From the human T2T-CHM13v2.0 reference genome, Homo sapiens: DNA of 64,000 bases. The DNA is taken from NCBI RefSeq assembly GCF_009914755.1, contig NC_060937.1; one strand, 5' to 3'. A program made the translations under genes and the position numbers. The first letter of the stretch is position 1; every line of letters starts with the position of its first letter. Positions 1 to 13,110 of this stretch are shown one piece after another. The notes under the pieces are model-generated. The model saw nothing but the letters and a program-made list of their open reading frames with translations. It was not told where the DNA came from and made no database searches.

Positions 1-1094
1 TTGTAACCCCTGAGAAATGAACATTGGTAGGAGCATTTAAGAGAAAACTTGCTTATTTGCTAATGCCTAAAGGGGTCTCACTTTACCAATTGTTACTTTC
101 AATGTGAGGAATGAATGATAAATTAAGAGAAAAAAATATCAGGAAGGTCAATATATGCCTAACATTTCTAAACTGGCCACATAACCTTAGATTTTTAAAG
201 GAATATTTCAGAGTTTAATCTTTTTGGAGAAGTTATGTTCTTTAATCGGGTACTACCAGTCTTGAAATTTTGCCACCACAGAAAGAAAGATGTTTTTAAA
301 AGCTTGGCCCAAAGAATAGGAACTTAGCTAGCATGTATACAAAATATATTTGAGGTTACTAAATGAATAAAAACTCGGAATTAGGCCAGGAGACATGGAA
401 TACCATTCATGGGATGGTTATCACAGGAGTTTAGAAAGACTCTGCCTCCCAGCATCTTGAATATCTCCAGCCTGTTCACTGTTTTCTTCCTACATGATCT
501 TTACCTGTTGTTAGACTGTGGCCACAGCCAGTAAATCAGGCCAGAGTGTCTCAAACTGGACAAGAAATGTGCTGCATTGCCGAGTTCTTATTTTCACCTT
601 TTCATAATCCCAACTACAATAACAAGAATTTTATTGACTAATAAGGGAATATGTATGGAAGAAGGAAGAGAAAGCCTTTGTCTAGCATTTATTAGGAGGA
701 TCAGAGTGAGTGGGAAGTTTCACAACGGATTGATCTGATCAATCCCTTCAAGGAGCTGAAGGCAAAATGTGTAAAACCCCTAAATCAGATTGAAAAGCCT
801 ATTTCATTGATATCCAACATGTTTGATGTTTAAGCTAGCTTTACCTAAGCCACTTCTCAGCCTCCAGAATACTCTCTCTGGGGTTGTGAGTCAGTCAGCC
901 CACAAGCATTCACAGAGTGCTTACCTGCCCCGAGGGAAGTCCAGCAGCTCCACCAGATAGAGATCTGGAGATGCTTCTCTCACTGTGCTTGGCTTCATCT
1001 GGGGTGCAAGGGAAGGCATTATCGGGTGGCTCCCTTGCTCCAGGAACTGAACGAGGCCCTTTTCATACCTTAAATATATTCTGCACAACAAATG

Positions 1095-1215
1095 GGTATT
1101 GTTAGTCTCCATTTCATAGATGAAAATAGTGAAGCCCACAGAAAATAAGTAGCTCCTCCACAGGTTGTAAGCTAGGTCTAGCTGACTGCAAAGGTCAAGT
1201 TCTCTTTACTCCGTC
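1095..1215 (-). mobile_element. MIR fragment
   Basis: CTCCATTTCATAGATGAAAATAGTGAAGCCCACAGA resembles the MIR core in reverse. Confidence 0.6.
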
Positions 1216-1601
1216 ACCATATCCATATGGAATAAGGGCTCGTCCTACCTAAAGCTTCCTGCCAATAATGCAAGAAGCCAGCTGCAATTTCCCAGAAGCA
1301 TTTGTCTCTAACCCATGTGGGTAGCCCGACCATGACAGCACCACGCTAACAGTGACCCAGAGCCATACTGCCTTGGGTCAGTCCAGCCCCCTCCACATCA
1401 CTGAGCCATCAATGAGCTGAGAGATCAATGACTTTTTAGGCAGCTGTGTTTTTTAAGCCATATACAAGAGTAAGTTAAAAGGGGCCAAGTAAATGTTGCT
1501 TGTTATTTGGTAGAGATTAGGCTCACAAAATATTTCTCCATTTCCAGTGATTTGTTCCTAAGGTAGAAGGGAAGGAGGATTGCAGCTGGGATTAATGTTC
1601 G

Positions 1602-1622
1602 TCTCTCTCTCTCTCTCTCTCT
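1602..1622. repeat. (TC)n microsatellite
   Basis: Direct reading. Confidence 0.95.
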
Positions 1623-1702
1623 AGCTTCTCATCTCATTGTTAGGATCTAATGTTCTGCCTAGAATAGCAGGACTGCAAATTATCCTTCTGCCTGCCCCTG
1701 TG

Positions 1703-1731
<29 letters not shown>
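1703..1731. repeat. (CA)n microsatellite
   Basis: Direct reading. Confidence 0.95.
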
Positions 1732-1735
<4 letters not shown>

Positions 1736-2844
1736 ATCCAGTGTTTTGTCATGTGGAAAATCAAAACAAGTTAGAAAGCATTCAGATTGTTTCTTTTAAA
1801 CTCACTTTAAAATTTTGGCAAGGAATTCATGCATAACTGAGACTTGGAGGCAGCCCCTGCTCACTTCACGCTGTTCCTTAGGCACCTCGGGATTGGTATC
1901 AAAGGCTTCCACTGCCTTCTGCTGAAGGCATGATGTATGCGGCTCCACTTGAGACCACGTATCAGGATGTTCAGAGGGAGCCAGCTCTTTATGTTGGCCC
2001 CAGGCCAGTACTAAGCAAATTAAAAAGACCGACATGGGCTTCCTCCCTCATATCATTTCATTCTAAAGCAGCAAGCTTGTCATACCCATGGGGTCCTATG
2101 TTGATAGAAATGGAGAGGTAGGGATACAGTTTATTCTCCAAAAATGGACTGCCCACTTCCATGCTGAGTGATGCTCAGGGAAGTGATGCCCGCAGAAGGC
2201 GTCTGGGCCTAAGGATCCATGGAAGTCAGGAGCATTAAATCCCAAACCAAATCAACTCCAGATATATCAGTGTCAAAAGCCCAAGAAAAGACAAAAAAGA
2301 AAAAAACAATCCCCAGGGGTTCTATGACCCTATTGACTCCTACAGTTCTTTCCCTTCTCTTGGCAATGGAAGCTCCAGTACCCAGATTGGAGATTAGGAT
2401 GAGACAACTTTGTGTATATGTGCACGTGTGTGGTGTGTGTGTGTTTTATTAAGGACTAAGATACACACTTATCTATTCTGTCTCCTTCTAGCTTTTAGGC
2501 AGCCTACTCTTGGAAACTGGAGGAAACTGCCCTGAGAATTATTAGAATGCTAATAATAGTAATTGGTAACATTAACAATCAGTGTTAGACAACAGTGAGG
2601 CATATCATGTGTTTTTATTAAAAATGATAAAGATGTGTTTCTTCTCATCTAAAGGAGGTAACTTTGTGATAATTAGTTTGATTAAAAGTTTGAAGTATGA
2701 GGATTCCTTGTTATGCCTTTAAGGTAATTTTTAAAAAAAATCTGAGTAGAGATAGTACTAATATTGGCAAGAAGGTCCCCAGGATAGACCTAGCAAGGAG
2801 ATAAGAATAGATCATTAAAAAATAAATATAAATGGATTGGATAG

Positions 2845-3200
2845 AATTCCCATTCAGCTGTTTTAACACAGAAATTCAAAATAGTGACTTAACATGGAAG
2901 CTATTTCTCTCTTACTTAAAGGCAAACTGGTTTTACAGCTCTGGTGTGTGATGTTACCAGACGCCTAGGCCCTCTCCTGTTGCTCTGTCATCCTAATGTG
3001 CTGCATCCACCTCATGGACCAAGATGGCTGCCACAGCTCCTGCCATCACATTTACATTTAAGATAGTAGAGAGGAAGTGGAGGGAAGTTGCACATATTGC
3101 TTCCAGTCACATCTCATGGGTTAAAACCTAGACATTTGCCACATCTAGCTGCAAAGAAGGCTAGGGAATGTCTTTATTATTGATTGTCATGTGCCTTGAT
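2845..3200 (-). mobile_element. Old MaLR LTR (MLT1K/L-like)
   Basis: CAAGATGGCTGCCACAGCTCC and ACATCTAGCTGCAAAGAAGGCTAGGGAATG motifs typical of old MLT1 LTRs. Confidence 0.6.
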
Positions 3201-3369
3201 AAGCATAGGAGGTTCTGTTATTAAAGAAACAATGTGAAATAATGTGGAAATTAATACTGATAAAGACTATCAGTATCTGATACAAAAGGGAACCAAACGA
3301 TATTTAAGTGCTTTTTAATGTCACTTACTTCATCATATGTTTTGCGAAAGATAAGACTAAAATTCATCA

Positions 3370-3595
3370 CTTTGTGTAGCATTTAATGGTTTTCAGAACA
3401 TTTTTGCATGTGCTGTCTCATTTGGTCCTCATTACATTCTTGTGTGCTAAATAGGACCTCTATTCATTACACCACTTGCTAGTTTGGGATGGAGAGTCAG
3501 ATATGTTGAAAGATTTCCCAACGACTCTAATTTATGAGCAAGAAAGTTGCTTAGAGCCCCAGCCTTTTGACTTCATAGTCTTTCCGACTACTTTA
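3370..3595 (-). mobile_element. MIR-like fragment
   Basis: TCTCATTTGGTCCTCATTACA and AGAGCCCCAGCCTTTTGACTTC resemble MIR. Confidence 0.45.
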
Positions 3596-5631
3596 TGCAG
3601 CTCAGCATCAGTACTGGGATTGGGAACTGCAAGAATATGAAATGTAAATCTTTATTGATTTATATCCTTCCTTACCTTTTTTGACATGGAAAATGCCAAA
3701 GACACTGGTCAAGTTTACTCTCAGCTCCCTACCTCCAGTGAGGGGGCCTCTTATTAGGAATGAAATATCCAAGAGATGGGCGGTGCTGCAGGGGAGACCA
3801 AAACTCAGAGGAGGCATTCAAACACTTCTAGCAGGTTGTCTACTCCATCCAACTCAAAACCTATTCAATATGAAGGCCGAGGGAATGTGCTCACAACTCC
3901 CTATTAAGGGAAATCAATATAAACCCGCCCCCACCAACCAAAAAAAAAAAAAGAAAGAAAACTCTCCCTTTTTAATGTCTTCTTCCCCAGGCTCCTGGTA
4001 CTTTGTCAGCAACATACTGCTTTCATTCTTAAAGGTTTCATTGGCTGTTAAATGAGTCCCTTTGCATACTCACTGGAGAGAGGAAATGCTTTAAGTTGTC
4101 CTAAGATAACATCTGCACACAGAGAGTTTATCTGATTCCTTATCAACCATGATCTCTATCTGAGGTCCTGTATAGTGGGATCATTTAGAGATGGGGGTTA
4201 GGGAGAGTAGGAGTAACTCTAGAGAAAATTGTGGCTCCTAAAGGAGGCAGATCTTTCCAAGGTGGAAAGGTAATGAATTAAATATATGACATGTAATACT
4301 GAAAAAATAGAAAAATGACTAAGATACAGTCTCTGTCCTCTAGAACTAGGGCAGCCTGGAAACATATGGACTATAATTATTTTAGCTATTTAAAAGAAAT
4401 GAATGAAGAGGATCTTGAGACAGGACCAGAGCATTGGAATGGTTGTAGGGACTGAAAGCTGAGTTGGAAGGATCAGATCAAAGAGAAAGCTGGGTTGGAC
4501 TTACACAAGAATACCCTGATCTGATCGCAGCTGTGACTCCAAGGTTTTCCTTTCCCATAGTTGCTGTGACCCCATTGGTCACCAGAGCAACTGCATGTCT
4601 TCAGGCTGGGTATTAGGGCTGGCTGGGTCTGATGATTCTACCCATTTTGTGCCATCTGAGGAGCATGCGAGGGTTCTTTCTCCAAGGCACTTTCGGCCTT
4701 CCTTCTTCTCCCCTTCCGCCATCTCCACTGGACATAAGCCAATGCCTGCTCTCTTCTCACCACATTCACCTGGACAAATCTGAACTAATTCCTTGAGACT
4801 TCAAATTAGCCCTTCTGAGCAAGTGGGCAGGTTCTGAAACCTGTGTGTTTTGTAGCCTAATGAATTGATGGAATGCACATGAACCCATCTTCACAGCATG
4901 TGAAAGAACCAACCTGCCTGGCAGAGGTGCAGAAATTTCCAGAGGACTGGCCTAGCTATAAACACCAGCAACATCTGCAACACAAAAGCCCTTGAACTTC
5001 TAGGCAAGGACTCATGCTAACCTAGCAGTACTCCAGATTGAGAACGCAGATGGACAGGTGTCTCTTGAGCCTGTGTTCCAAGATGTCTGTGGAAAGGATT
5101 GCAACTGTCATCCTTTGGCACACTCAGTGGAACCTGTGTGAGCTACATGTTCTGCTGCATTATGGGAACTCATCAAAGGGCCAGATTGACATCTTGCCAG
5201 AAAAACCAGTGTTTTGAGGAGCAAAAGTTTTGTGTACTTCAGTAATTGTCACATGTGTCTTCCACCTCCTTGACATTTATTTGTTAATCATATGATCATT
5301 TTTTTTTCACTTTCCTTTTTTTCTTTCTCAGAAGTACTTCTGGGGCTTTGATTGCATTATTTCTCTTTTAATGTATCATTTCAGTGTTGGAAAGAAAAAT
5401 CTGGATCTTTATGTGGGGACCTATTTTACATGTAGATAGTTATTCAGTAGATAGTAAATTATTTCTCTTAAGAGATATTTCCTTTTATTTCTGTACAATA
5501 ATATGTATGAACTCAGTTACTAGGGGACTGTATTGTGACATTATCAACCTTTATTGCTATTTAAAAATGATAGTTTGTAGAACTGAAGATTTCCATTGAT
5601 GTGAAGCACAATTTAATGAATAAGTTAAAAT

Positions 5632-5680
5632 ATTAAACTGTTGTGATGTCAAGAGCAATTGTCTTCCCCTGTGTTTTTGT
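5632..5680 (+). terminator. Polyadenylation signal ATTAAA plus downstream GU/U-rich element
   Basis: ATTAAA at 5632-5637, GTGTTTTTGT at 5671-5680, upstream TGTA motifs (e.g. 5431, 5492). Confidence 0.6.
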
Positions 5681-6317
5681 CAGAGACATTTTTGCAAAAT
5701 GAGCAAAGTCACTAAAACACTTTAAGGGATTTATGGAAATGGAATCCGTAGGATCAGCTTTGTCAAACTCAGGAAATCCATGCTTTGGATGCAAATGTGG
5801 TTTTTGGATGTGAAACATGAAAAGCCATAAAAGACAAAGAAAATATGGATTGAAACAATGTAGAGCCTCTGAGGCCAGAGAGGATTTTATAAACTCTCAG
5901 AAACATAAGCTTCTAAAACCATGGTTCTCAGTAACTCTTCCCCTCGCTGCCCACACCAGCGCATTGAAATCCACTGTGAAATGTGAAAAAGCCTCCTGGA
6001 GATGAAGGGATGAGGTACAGATTTGAGAAACCGTAGTGGGAGAGAAACAGGGATTGGAGCAAAGGATCTGGGAATTCAGTCTAAAAGAAAGAAAGAGACA
6101 AAGAAGGAAAGGAGGGAAGGGGGAAGGGGAAGAGAAAAAACAGCAGAAGAAAATCACAAGCACTAACATGGGCCTCTCTCCACAGTGTTAAAGTGTATTT
6201 CTCCAACGTGAGATTTTATTTTTAAATAACCAGTTCCTGTAATATAAGCAAAGGAGAAATTTCTAGTATAGGAAAAAGCTCTTTCATTCAAAAATTTCTT
6301 GAACAATGCAATTTACT

Positions 6318-6656
6318 TGATATGGTTTGGCTGTGTCCCCACCCAAATCTCATCTTGAATTGCAGTTTCCATAATCCCCACGTGTTGTGGGAGAGACCAG
6401 GTGGAGATAATTGAACTATGGGGGCCGTTTTCCCCATCCTGTTCTCGTAATAGTGAGTTAGTTCTCATGAGATCTGATGGTTTTATAAGGGGCTTTTCCC
6501 CAGCTTCATTCTGCACTTCTCCTTGCTGCCACCATATGAAGAAAGACGTGTTTGCTTCCCCTTCCGCTGAACTGTGAGTCAATTAAACCTCTTTCCTTCA
6601 TAAATTACCCATTCTTGGGTATGTCTTTAGTAGCAGCATGAGAATAGAATAATACA
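6318..6656 (+). mobile_element. THE1C/D-type solo LTR (MaLR) with small internal deletion
   Basis: Starts TGATATGGTTTGGCTGTGTCCCCACCCAAATCTC, ends AATACA; 5-bp TSD TTACT/TTATT. Confidence 0.9.
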
Positions 6657-6837
6657 TTATTTTTTTTGTTCTGTAGAAGTGGGAATTGTGGATTCCTTTC
6701 TTGCTTATGGGTGAGATTTGTAACCTTAGAAAAATCTGACCATGTCCCTCTATCTAATGGGAATCATAGGCAAGGGAACTTGGCTTTAGAACAACCGAAG
6801 TAGCCACAGGAAAAGCTCCAAAAGACAGTGAAAGTCA

Positions 6838-6941
6838 AACACACACAAACATGGCATGCATGTGCACGCACAGGCACACACACACATGCATGCACACACA
6901 CGGCACAAATACACATGCACACACACACACGTGCACACACA
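6838..6941. repeat. Degenerate CA/TG-rich low-complexity repeat
   Basis: Direct reading. Confidence 0.85.
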
Positions 6942-7739
6942 GAGTGAAAGAGGGGGCTTTTGTCTTGCAAGAAAAACCTCAGATAAGAGAAGGACCTAGG
7001 AATCCTAAGGTTCACTTCTTTTCCCATTCACCTTGGAAATAGTGTTGAAAATAAGATTGAAAAAATGTTGTAAATATTATTAAAAATCTACTCTCCGTGT
7101 AATATGGTTTTACTTTCACAGATCAGTTTTCATATAAAATATAAATTTGCAAATTAATGGAGTATAAAATAATCCAACCTATATTTTTATTTCATATAAC
7201 GTTAATTTTTTATGATTGTAAAGTAATACATCATCTTAGATAACATGGAAAATACTAGTTTAAAATCCATACATTATAGAGCCAGACTCCGAGATTATTT
7301 TGATCAATCTCTTTCCGTACTTTTTATGCATTAGCAATTATGATACAATTTTAAATAACCAATATTTTTAGGAAATTGGAATCATGCAATCTATGCAGTA
7401 GAAATACATATATTAACATCTGAATAACTATTCTTTTAAAATGCAATTTTAATAGCCACATGTAATTTTGGATTCCCATATCTTTGGTCATTTTGGTCAT
7501 TTTCAATTTTTCCACTAATATAAATAACACTGAAATTAATATATTTGTACCTAAGCAGCAACTATGTAGAAGGCTCTGTAAGCCTGTTTGAGATAGGACA
7601 GTGGACCACTTTGTTGTATCATCCCAAAAATCTGGAAAGAAAAAAATATTCAAGATTGTCAAAATTGCCTAGAAGCAGCTAAATGAATTGTCAACAAAAA
7701 ATTTCATCTACGTAATCAAGGAAAATTATATGTATCTCT

Positions 7740-8135
7740 CTAGAACCACTCCACCTGGCCTAGGACTGAAGTGTTCATTCTTCAAGATGTTGGGAGTGTT
7801 GGCTGCTGACCGACAGCTCTCAGCTGAGTCTCTCTCAAGGACTTGCCCTTAGTTAGAGAGAGACACTTCTACCAATGTCATGCCATCTTTGGGACCATCT
7901 AATGATATTGCTGTGGAGATGAAGGCCAGGGCTTTTAACTAGAGACGACTCTGAAAGATCATCTTAGCTCCAAAGCTCCCTGTAGGATCAGCTGAGGACT
8001 TTGTTTCAAAGCACCTCAGTTCACCATTTCCCTCTGCCCACTCTGGTTCCTTTGCTCCCCACAATGTGTTCCCAATCAACTTTCCACACAGACATCTCCA
8101 TCACAGACTGTGCTTTCCAGGACACTAGACCATGA
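7740..8135. mobile_element. ERVL LTR (LTR16-like)
   Basis: GGGAGTGTTGGCTGCTGAC...CAGCTCTCAGCTGAGTC motif recalled from LTR16-group consensus. Confidence 0.5.
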
Positions 8136-8867
8136 ACTTGCCAAAGAACCCCAGGTTCTCATCTCCATAGCCTTCTGCCTGAGCTACTTCCGTGTCTGAG
8201 TACCTGGAGTTTTGCCCTCCTCTCTTTTGAGCTCAGCTGTTTTTTAACCTATTTTGGCTTATTTTTTCCAGTATTTCTACCTGTTTAAAACTGAAAGAGG
8301 GATCTGTGTTAGCTCAGTTGCTCAACTTAATGGAATCAGTCTGCTCTTAAATTTAAAATTTTCCTTTAAGTCCGTGTTTCTATTTTTTTTTTTTTTTTTC
8401 ATTTTTTAGCTCTTCATCACATCCTTTCCATTTTGAGGCTCTAGATTTTCCTGATTAACTTTCATTGTTTTCTACTTTGGGGAACTTTTCTCTGTGTTTG
8501 CTCATCTCTTCCATAAACCTTCCTGTTCACATTCATTCCCTTTAGTAGTATTTTTGTTTCCTATTTGTGCCTATAATTTACTTTACCTCTTTTATTGGTC
8601 TAATTTTTATCTTTTTTAAAAAGACAATCAATTTAGTCTCTCTCTTAATGCCTATCTTTCATTTTTATTCATCGTTTATACTCACTTCTCCATCAAAGTT
8701 TATTTTAATTTCTCATTGCTGTTTGTAGCTGTTCCTTTCGTTTTTTGAAACAAACTTGTTTATTTCTATTATTTTTAACTAATAGGTAATGCTCAGATAA
8801 TTTCACCTACAAAATTTTTACTTTTTGAACTACATTGAGGTTCCTTTGGGGTTTTGTATGTGTTCTA

Positions 8868-9143
8868 TTTTTTTTTTTTTTTTTTGAGACGGAGTCTCAC
8901 TCTGTCACCGAGGCTAGTGTGATCTCAGCTCACTGAAAGCTCCGCTCCCGGGTTCACACCATTCTCCTGCGTCAGCCTTCCAAGTAGCTGGGACTACAGA
9001 CACCTGCCACCGAGCCTGGCTAATTTTTTGTGTTTTTAGTAGAGACGGGGTTTCACCGTGGTCTCGATCTCCTGACCTCGTGATCCACCCGCCTTGGCCT
9101 CCCAAAGTGCTGGGATTACAGGCATGAGCCACTGCACCCGGCC
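8868..9143 (-). mobile_element. AluY-derived element with the AluYd 12-bp deletion
   Basis: polyT 8868-8885; TTTCACCGTGGTCTCGATC lacks TTAGCCAGGATG; degenerate TSD GTATGTGTTCTATT / GTATGTGATCGATT. Confidence 0.9.
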
Positions 9144-9204
9144 GTATGTGATCGATTCCTATAAAAATTTCATGGATACCTAAAATGAATATGTATTGTC
9201 TTTT

Positions 9205-9320
9205 CAAATTATATCTATATATATACAGACATATATATAAAGTATATATGTAAGTATATATTATATATATAATAATTTGAATTATATATTCCTGTTTATA
9301 TACACACATATATATGCATA
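9205..9320. repeat. TA-rich low-complexity tract
   Basis: Direct reading. Confidence 0.8.
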
Positions 9321-9490
9321 AAATCATATTTAATTTATCAGAGACAGAATGTGTACAAAAATCTCCTTCTATAACTGTGTTTTTATCAATTCCTAACAGT
9401 TTTTAGCTTTTGGGGATTTGTTATTTAGTGTTCATGACTTTCATATCCTTCATTGATGAGGCTACCATTCTCAATAAAAATGACTTTTTT

Positions 9491-9823
<333 letters not shown>

Positions 9824-11929
9824 TTAATACATTTTGCTTTAAATCATTCTCTTGTTTTTGTATTATTTTAACATTTTGTCATTTATGGATCACGTGTAGT
9901 TTAACTTTTCTTCACATAATCTAAATCTTTTTATTTGAGAATTGTTATAATTTATAGATTACTGACTTCTGTTGTTTTCTTCTTTTATGATTTTTACTAT
10001 TTATGCTTTTCTGTTTTATTTTCTCTTATGATAGGCTATCATTTATTTGAATCAATGTTAGAAATGCAACCACATTCATTTGACTTTCCTTTATGTAATT
10101 TGAAGATGTTCACATTTATATGCTTCCCTTTTCCTACTTCCAAGTATTTGTTTTAATTATCTGGATAAAAACTCTGGGTTAGAAATAAGACTGTAGATTC
10201 ATACTGTTGTTGCTGCTATACTATTATTATAGTTAGTGTGGTAACTATATCAAAAGACGTGGGGAAATTATACAAAGAGAAAACTCTCACCCTGATCTGA
10301 AAATACTGAGTCACTTTCAAAGTCAAGCCCCACAGTTCTGGGTAATGCTTGCATGTATCTGATCAGTTAAATTATTCAAACAGTTGTTGCATGTGAAATA
10401 AGAAGGCATGAAGATAAGGAGGAAATTAGAATCTCACAAATTAGTGCTTAAAAGCCATGGGGACAGCTTGCTTTCACAATGTCATCAGTTCCTTGAATAA
10501 TATGTTTGTTCAGAGATTAAAAAAACAAAGGAATGAAAATTTTATCAGGACTACAGAAATGCAACTGTTTTCAGGTTTAATTTATGACTAGCTAAGCCCA
10601 TCATAACATACACAGTGGAGAGGAGGAAGGAAGTGACCTTCTGTAGTAGGGAGCATGATATTTTCTTAGCTTGATAATATAATTTTTAAATATTTCCATG
10701 TAAGAACACTGGCAATTTTAATATTACAGTAAGAGTTACTGAATAAATATAACACAAGGCATTTTTTTCTGGAAAGGAAAGACAGTGCCTTCACAAATCC
10801 ATGGTGCTCATTTTATCTGGGGCACAGCCAGGTGCTAATGTTCTCCCCTGCTTGTCTCCATCCCTACAGGTGTTAGACTACAAGCAGTCATTAAATCCTT
10901 GCAAATTAGGGCATCACTCCCAGGAGCCCTGCCAGGAAGCCTGCCAGTTAAGGTATAAGCAGAAGCATATATATTACTGTTCTTCTAAGAAGCCACTGCT
11001 AATGGTTAGTATTCACTTGTGCAGCTGTGAGTCGCTGCCATGAATCTCCTGCCACTCCCATCCTGCTCTTCATGAGAAGGTAAAAGCAGAAGCACACACA
11101 ATATGTTAGCCCAGTCGCCACGGATGAGCCATGATCTTCCACTAACAGCCTCATTTGCTCTGCTATCTAGGAGAGAAAGCCATCCCTAGATGAGATTCTC
11201 ACATTTAGAAAAGTTACTCAATACATTCAGCATCGCACCATGAAGTTACACATCTTGGTGTTATTAATTACCAGTTTTACTAAAGGTCATAGCTTTCATT
11301 AATTTTCAACAGTCCCCAAACTCAGACTACCAAGGTTTATTCCCCCATAATGATCTCTATGACTTGATAGAGCATCAGTAGAGAATCTACAGTATCTTCA
11401 CAACTTTCTAAATCTAGAACCCAGAATGATAATAATTTGAGTCTTTTCACTCTTTCTATCTTTTTATGATACCTTTTGCTTTCCATTCTAAAAATTTTCA
11501 TTAAACATTTTCTATTAGCCAAACACAAAACTAGAGGCTAAATTAAAAGAATAGGGTTGTTTTGACCCAAACACTGTTTTTAGCATCTCTTTAGCACTCA
11601 CAAACCAAGTGTCAGAACAATCTAGAAAAGATTATTCCTTGTCCCTCACAATAACCTTAGAGAAACTCTCCACCCTCAACCATCTGTACCTGCACACTCC
11701 ACCTTTCTTGTCCCCTGTACACAACTTATTCTAAATCAGTATTTTACTCTGTGCCCAGATGCTCTCAGCCTAGACAGTCTTCCCTCGTCCTTGTGCCATA
11801 ATCCACAATCACAGACCCAGCTCTACCTCACTGCATGCCTAGCTCAACATCCAGGCATCCAGCTCAGCACAAGCTTGGATTCCTGATATCCCATGATTAA
11901 AGGTCAGGGGCATCCTTGACTCTCTTTGA

Positions 11930-12035
11930 TCCTGTACCCCAGACTTTAGATCCTTAAAGTCAGGGACACCTTTTGCCTGTTCACTATTGTTCAATAATTC
12001 TGAGCCTGGCACGTAGTAGGTACTCTCAGTACAGT
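11930..12035 (+). mobile_element. L2 3' end fragment
   Basis: AGTCAGGGACACC...GCCTGGCACGTAGTAGGTACTC. Confidence 0.6.
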
Positions 12036-12057
12036 ATATCTACTATATCTACTATGG

Positions 12058-12150
12058 CATATATATATATATATATAAAAAATACATATTATATATATAT
12101 AAAATACATATATATATATAAACTATATACATATTATATATTATATATAT
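12058..12150. repeat. (TA)n-rich microsatellite
   Basis: Direct reading. Confidence 0.9.
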
Positions 12151-12359
12151 GTTGGAATTATCAGCATCATGATGTGATGCTGAACATATTGGACACCTTT
12201 TCTATATACATTGGATGAGTAAATTAGTAGGTAAAAGAATCAATGAGAGGATGAATCCAATATGTCTTCTTAGGCAAGCTAAGCAAATCCCATAGTGTCT
12301 TTAATGACCTATATTCTAATGAGTCCCAAATAGACAGTGTTCTCTAGGTCCCTAGTTTT

Positions 12360-13110
12360 AGTGAATTTCTGAACACTTGCACCTAAATGTCTTTCACCCA
12401 CCCCTCCAATTCAACTTAACCAAAATGAAACTCATTATCTGCTCTTTTGCCATTGAAAGAAATCTATTCTTGCTTTTGTATTCCATTATAACTCCCAATT
12501 GAGTCATGACCTGTACAACTCATGGGGTCACACAAGGTAGAAGCCCTACTCACCCTAACTCCTCTTACCCATCTTCATAACACTGTCTCTAAAGTCTCTC
12601 TCCTACTCTCCATTCCCACAACCACCAATCCAGTTTAGAATTTTATCCTATCGCATCCTTTTTGCCAATAGGAGCTTTTAAGACTTATTTTAATCTTCAC
12701 AGAAATACCAGAAGGCATTATCTTTCTTTCTAATTAGAAAATTGAGTATCAGAGAAAGTAAATAATAACCACCTAATGGTTCCTTAGTTGATAATATTGG
12801 AATTAGAATTTGAAGTCAGTTTTGCTTCAACCTAAAGCCCAAGTTCTACTAGGCAATGATTGTTCTTCAAGCCTCCAAAGCCTTTCCTCTCAGCTCAACT
12901 TACCGTTTCAAAGACCTGGTCATGTCACTTCCATGGCCAACCTTCTTAATGGTGACAGTTGACCTTATGATAAAGTAAATGCTCTGCAGCATGGCAATTA
13001 GGACCCATCGACCCATACCCTGCCCCCAAACCGTGTCATCAAGCTCTCTCTGAAATCTGACCTATGTTCTAGTTACACAGAATATTTGGAGAATTCCCCC
13101 AAATGTTCTA
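12360..13110. mobile_element. Degraded L2 fragments with an intervening MIR (~12670-12850)
   Basis: AACTTAACCAAAATGAAACTCATTATC and TGGTCATGTCACTTCC (L2); AGAAAATTGAGTATCAGAGAAAGTAAA (MIR). Confidence 0.45.

Larger units (their letters stand above)
1..5655 (+). other. HS6ST3: Probable distal part of a long 3'UTR (terminal exon), possibly HS6ST3
   Basis: Repeat-poor, no ORF, U/AU-rich terminal 400 bp with several UGUA elements, then ATTAAA and a GU/U-rich downstream element. Gene identity is inferred only from the recalled position of HS6ST3 upstream of an HSP90AB pseudogene on 13q32.1. Confidence 0.45.

Noticed and set aside
3191-3197. miR-124 seed match GTGCCTT in the putative 3'UTR
   Set aside because: A single 7-mer at the edge of an LTR remnant is expected by chance; no conservation evidence is available.
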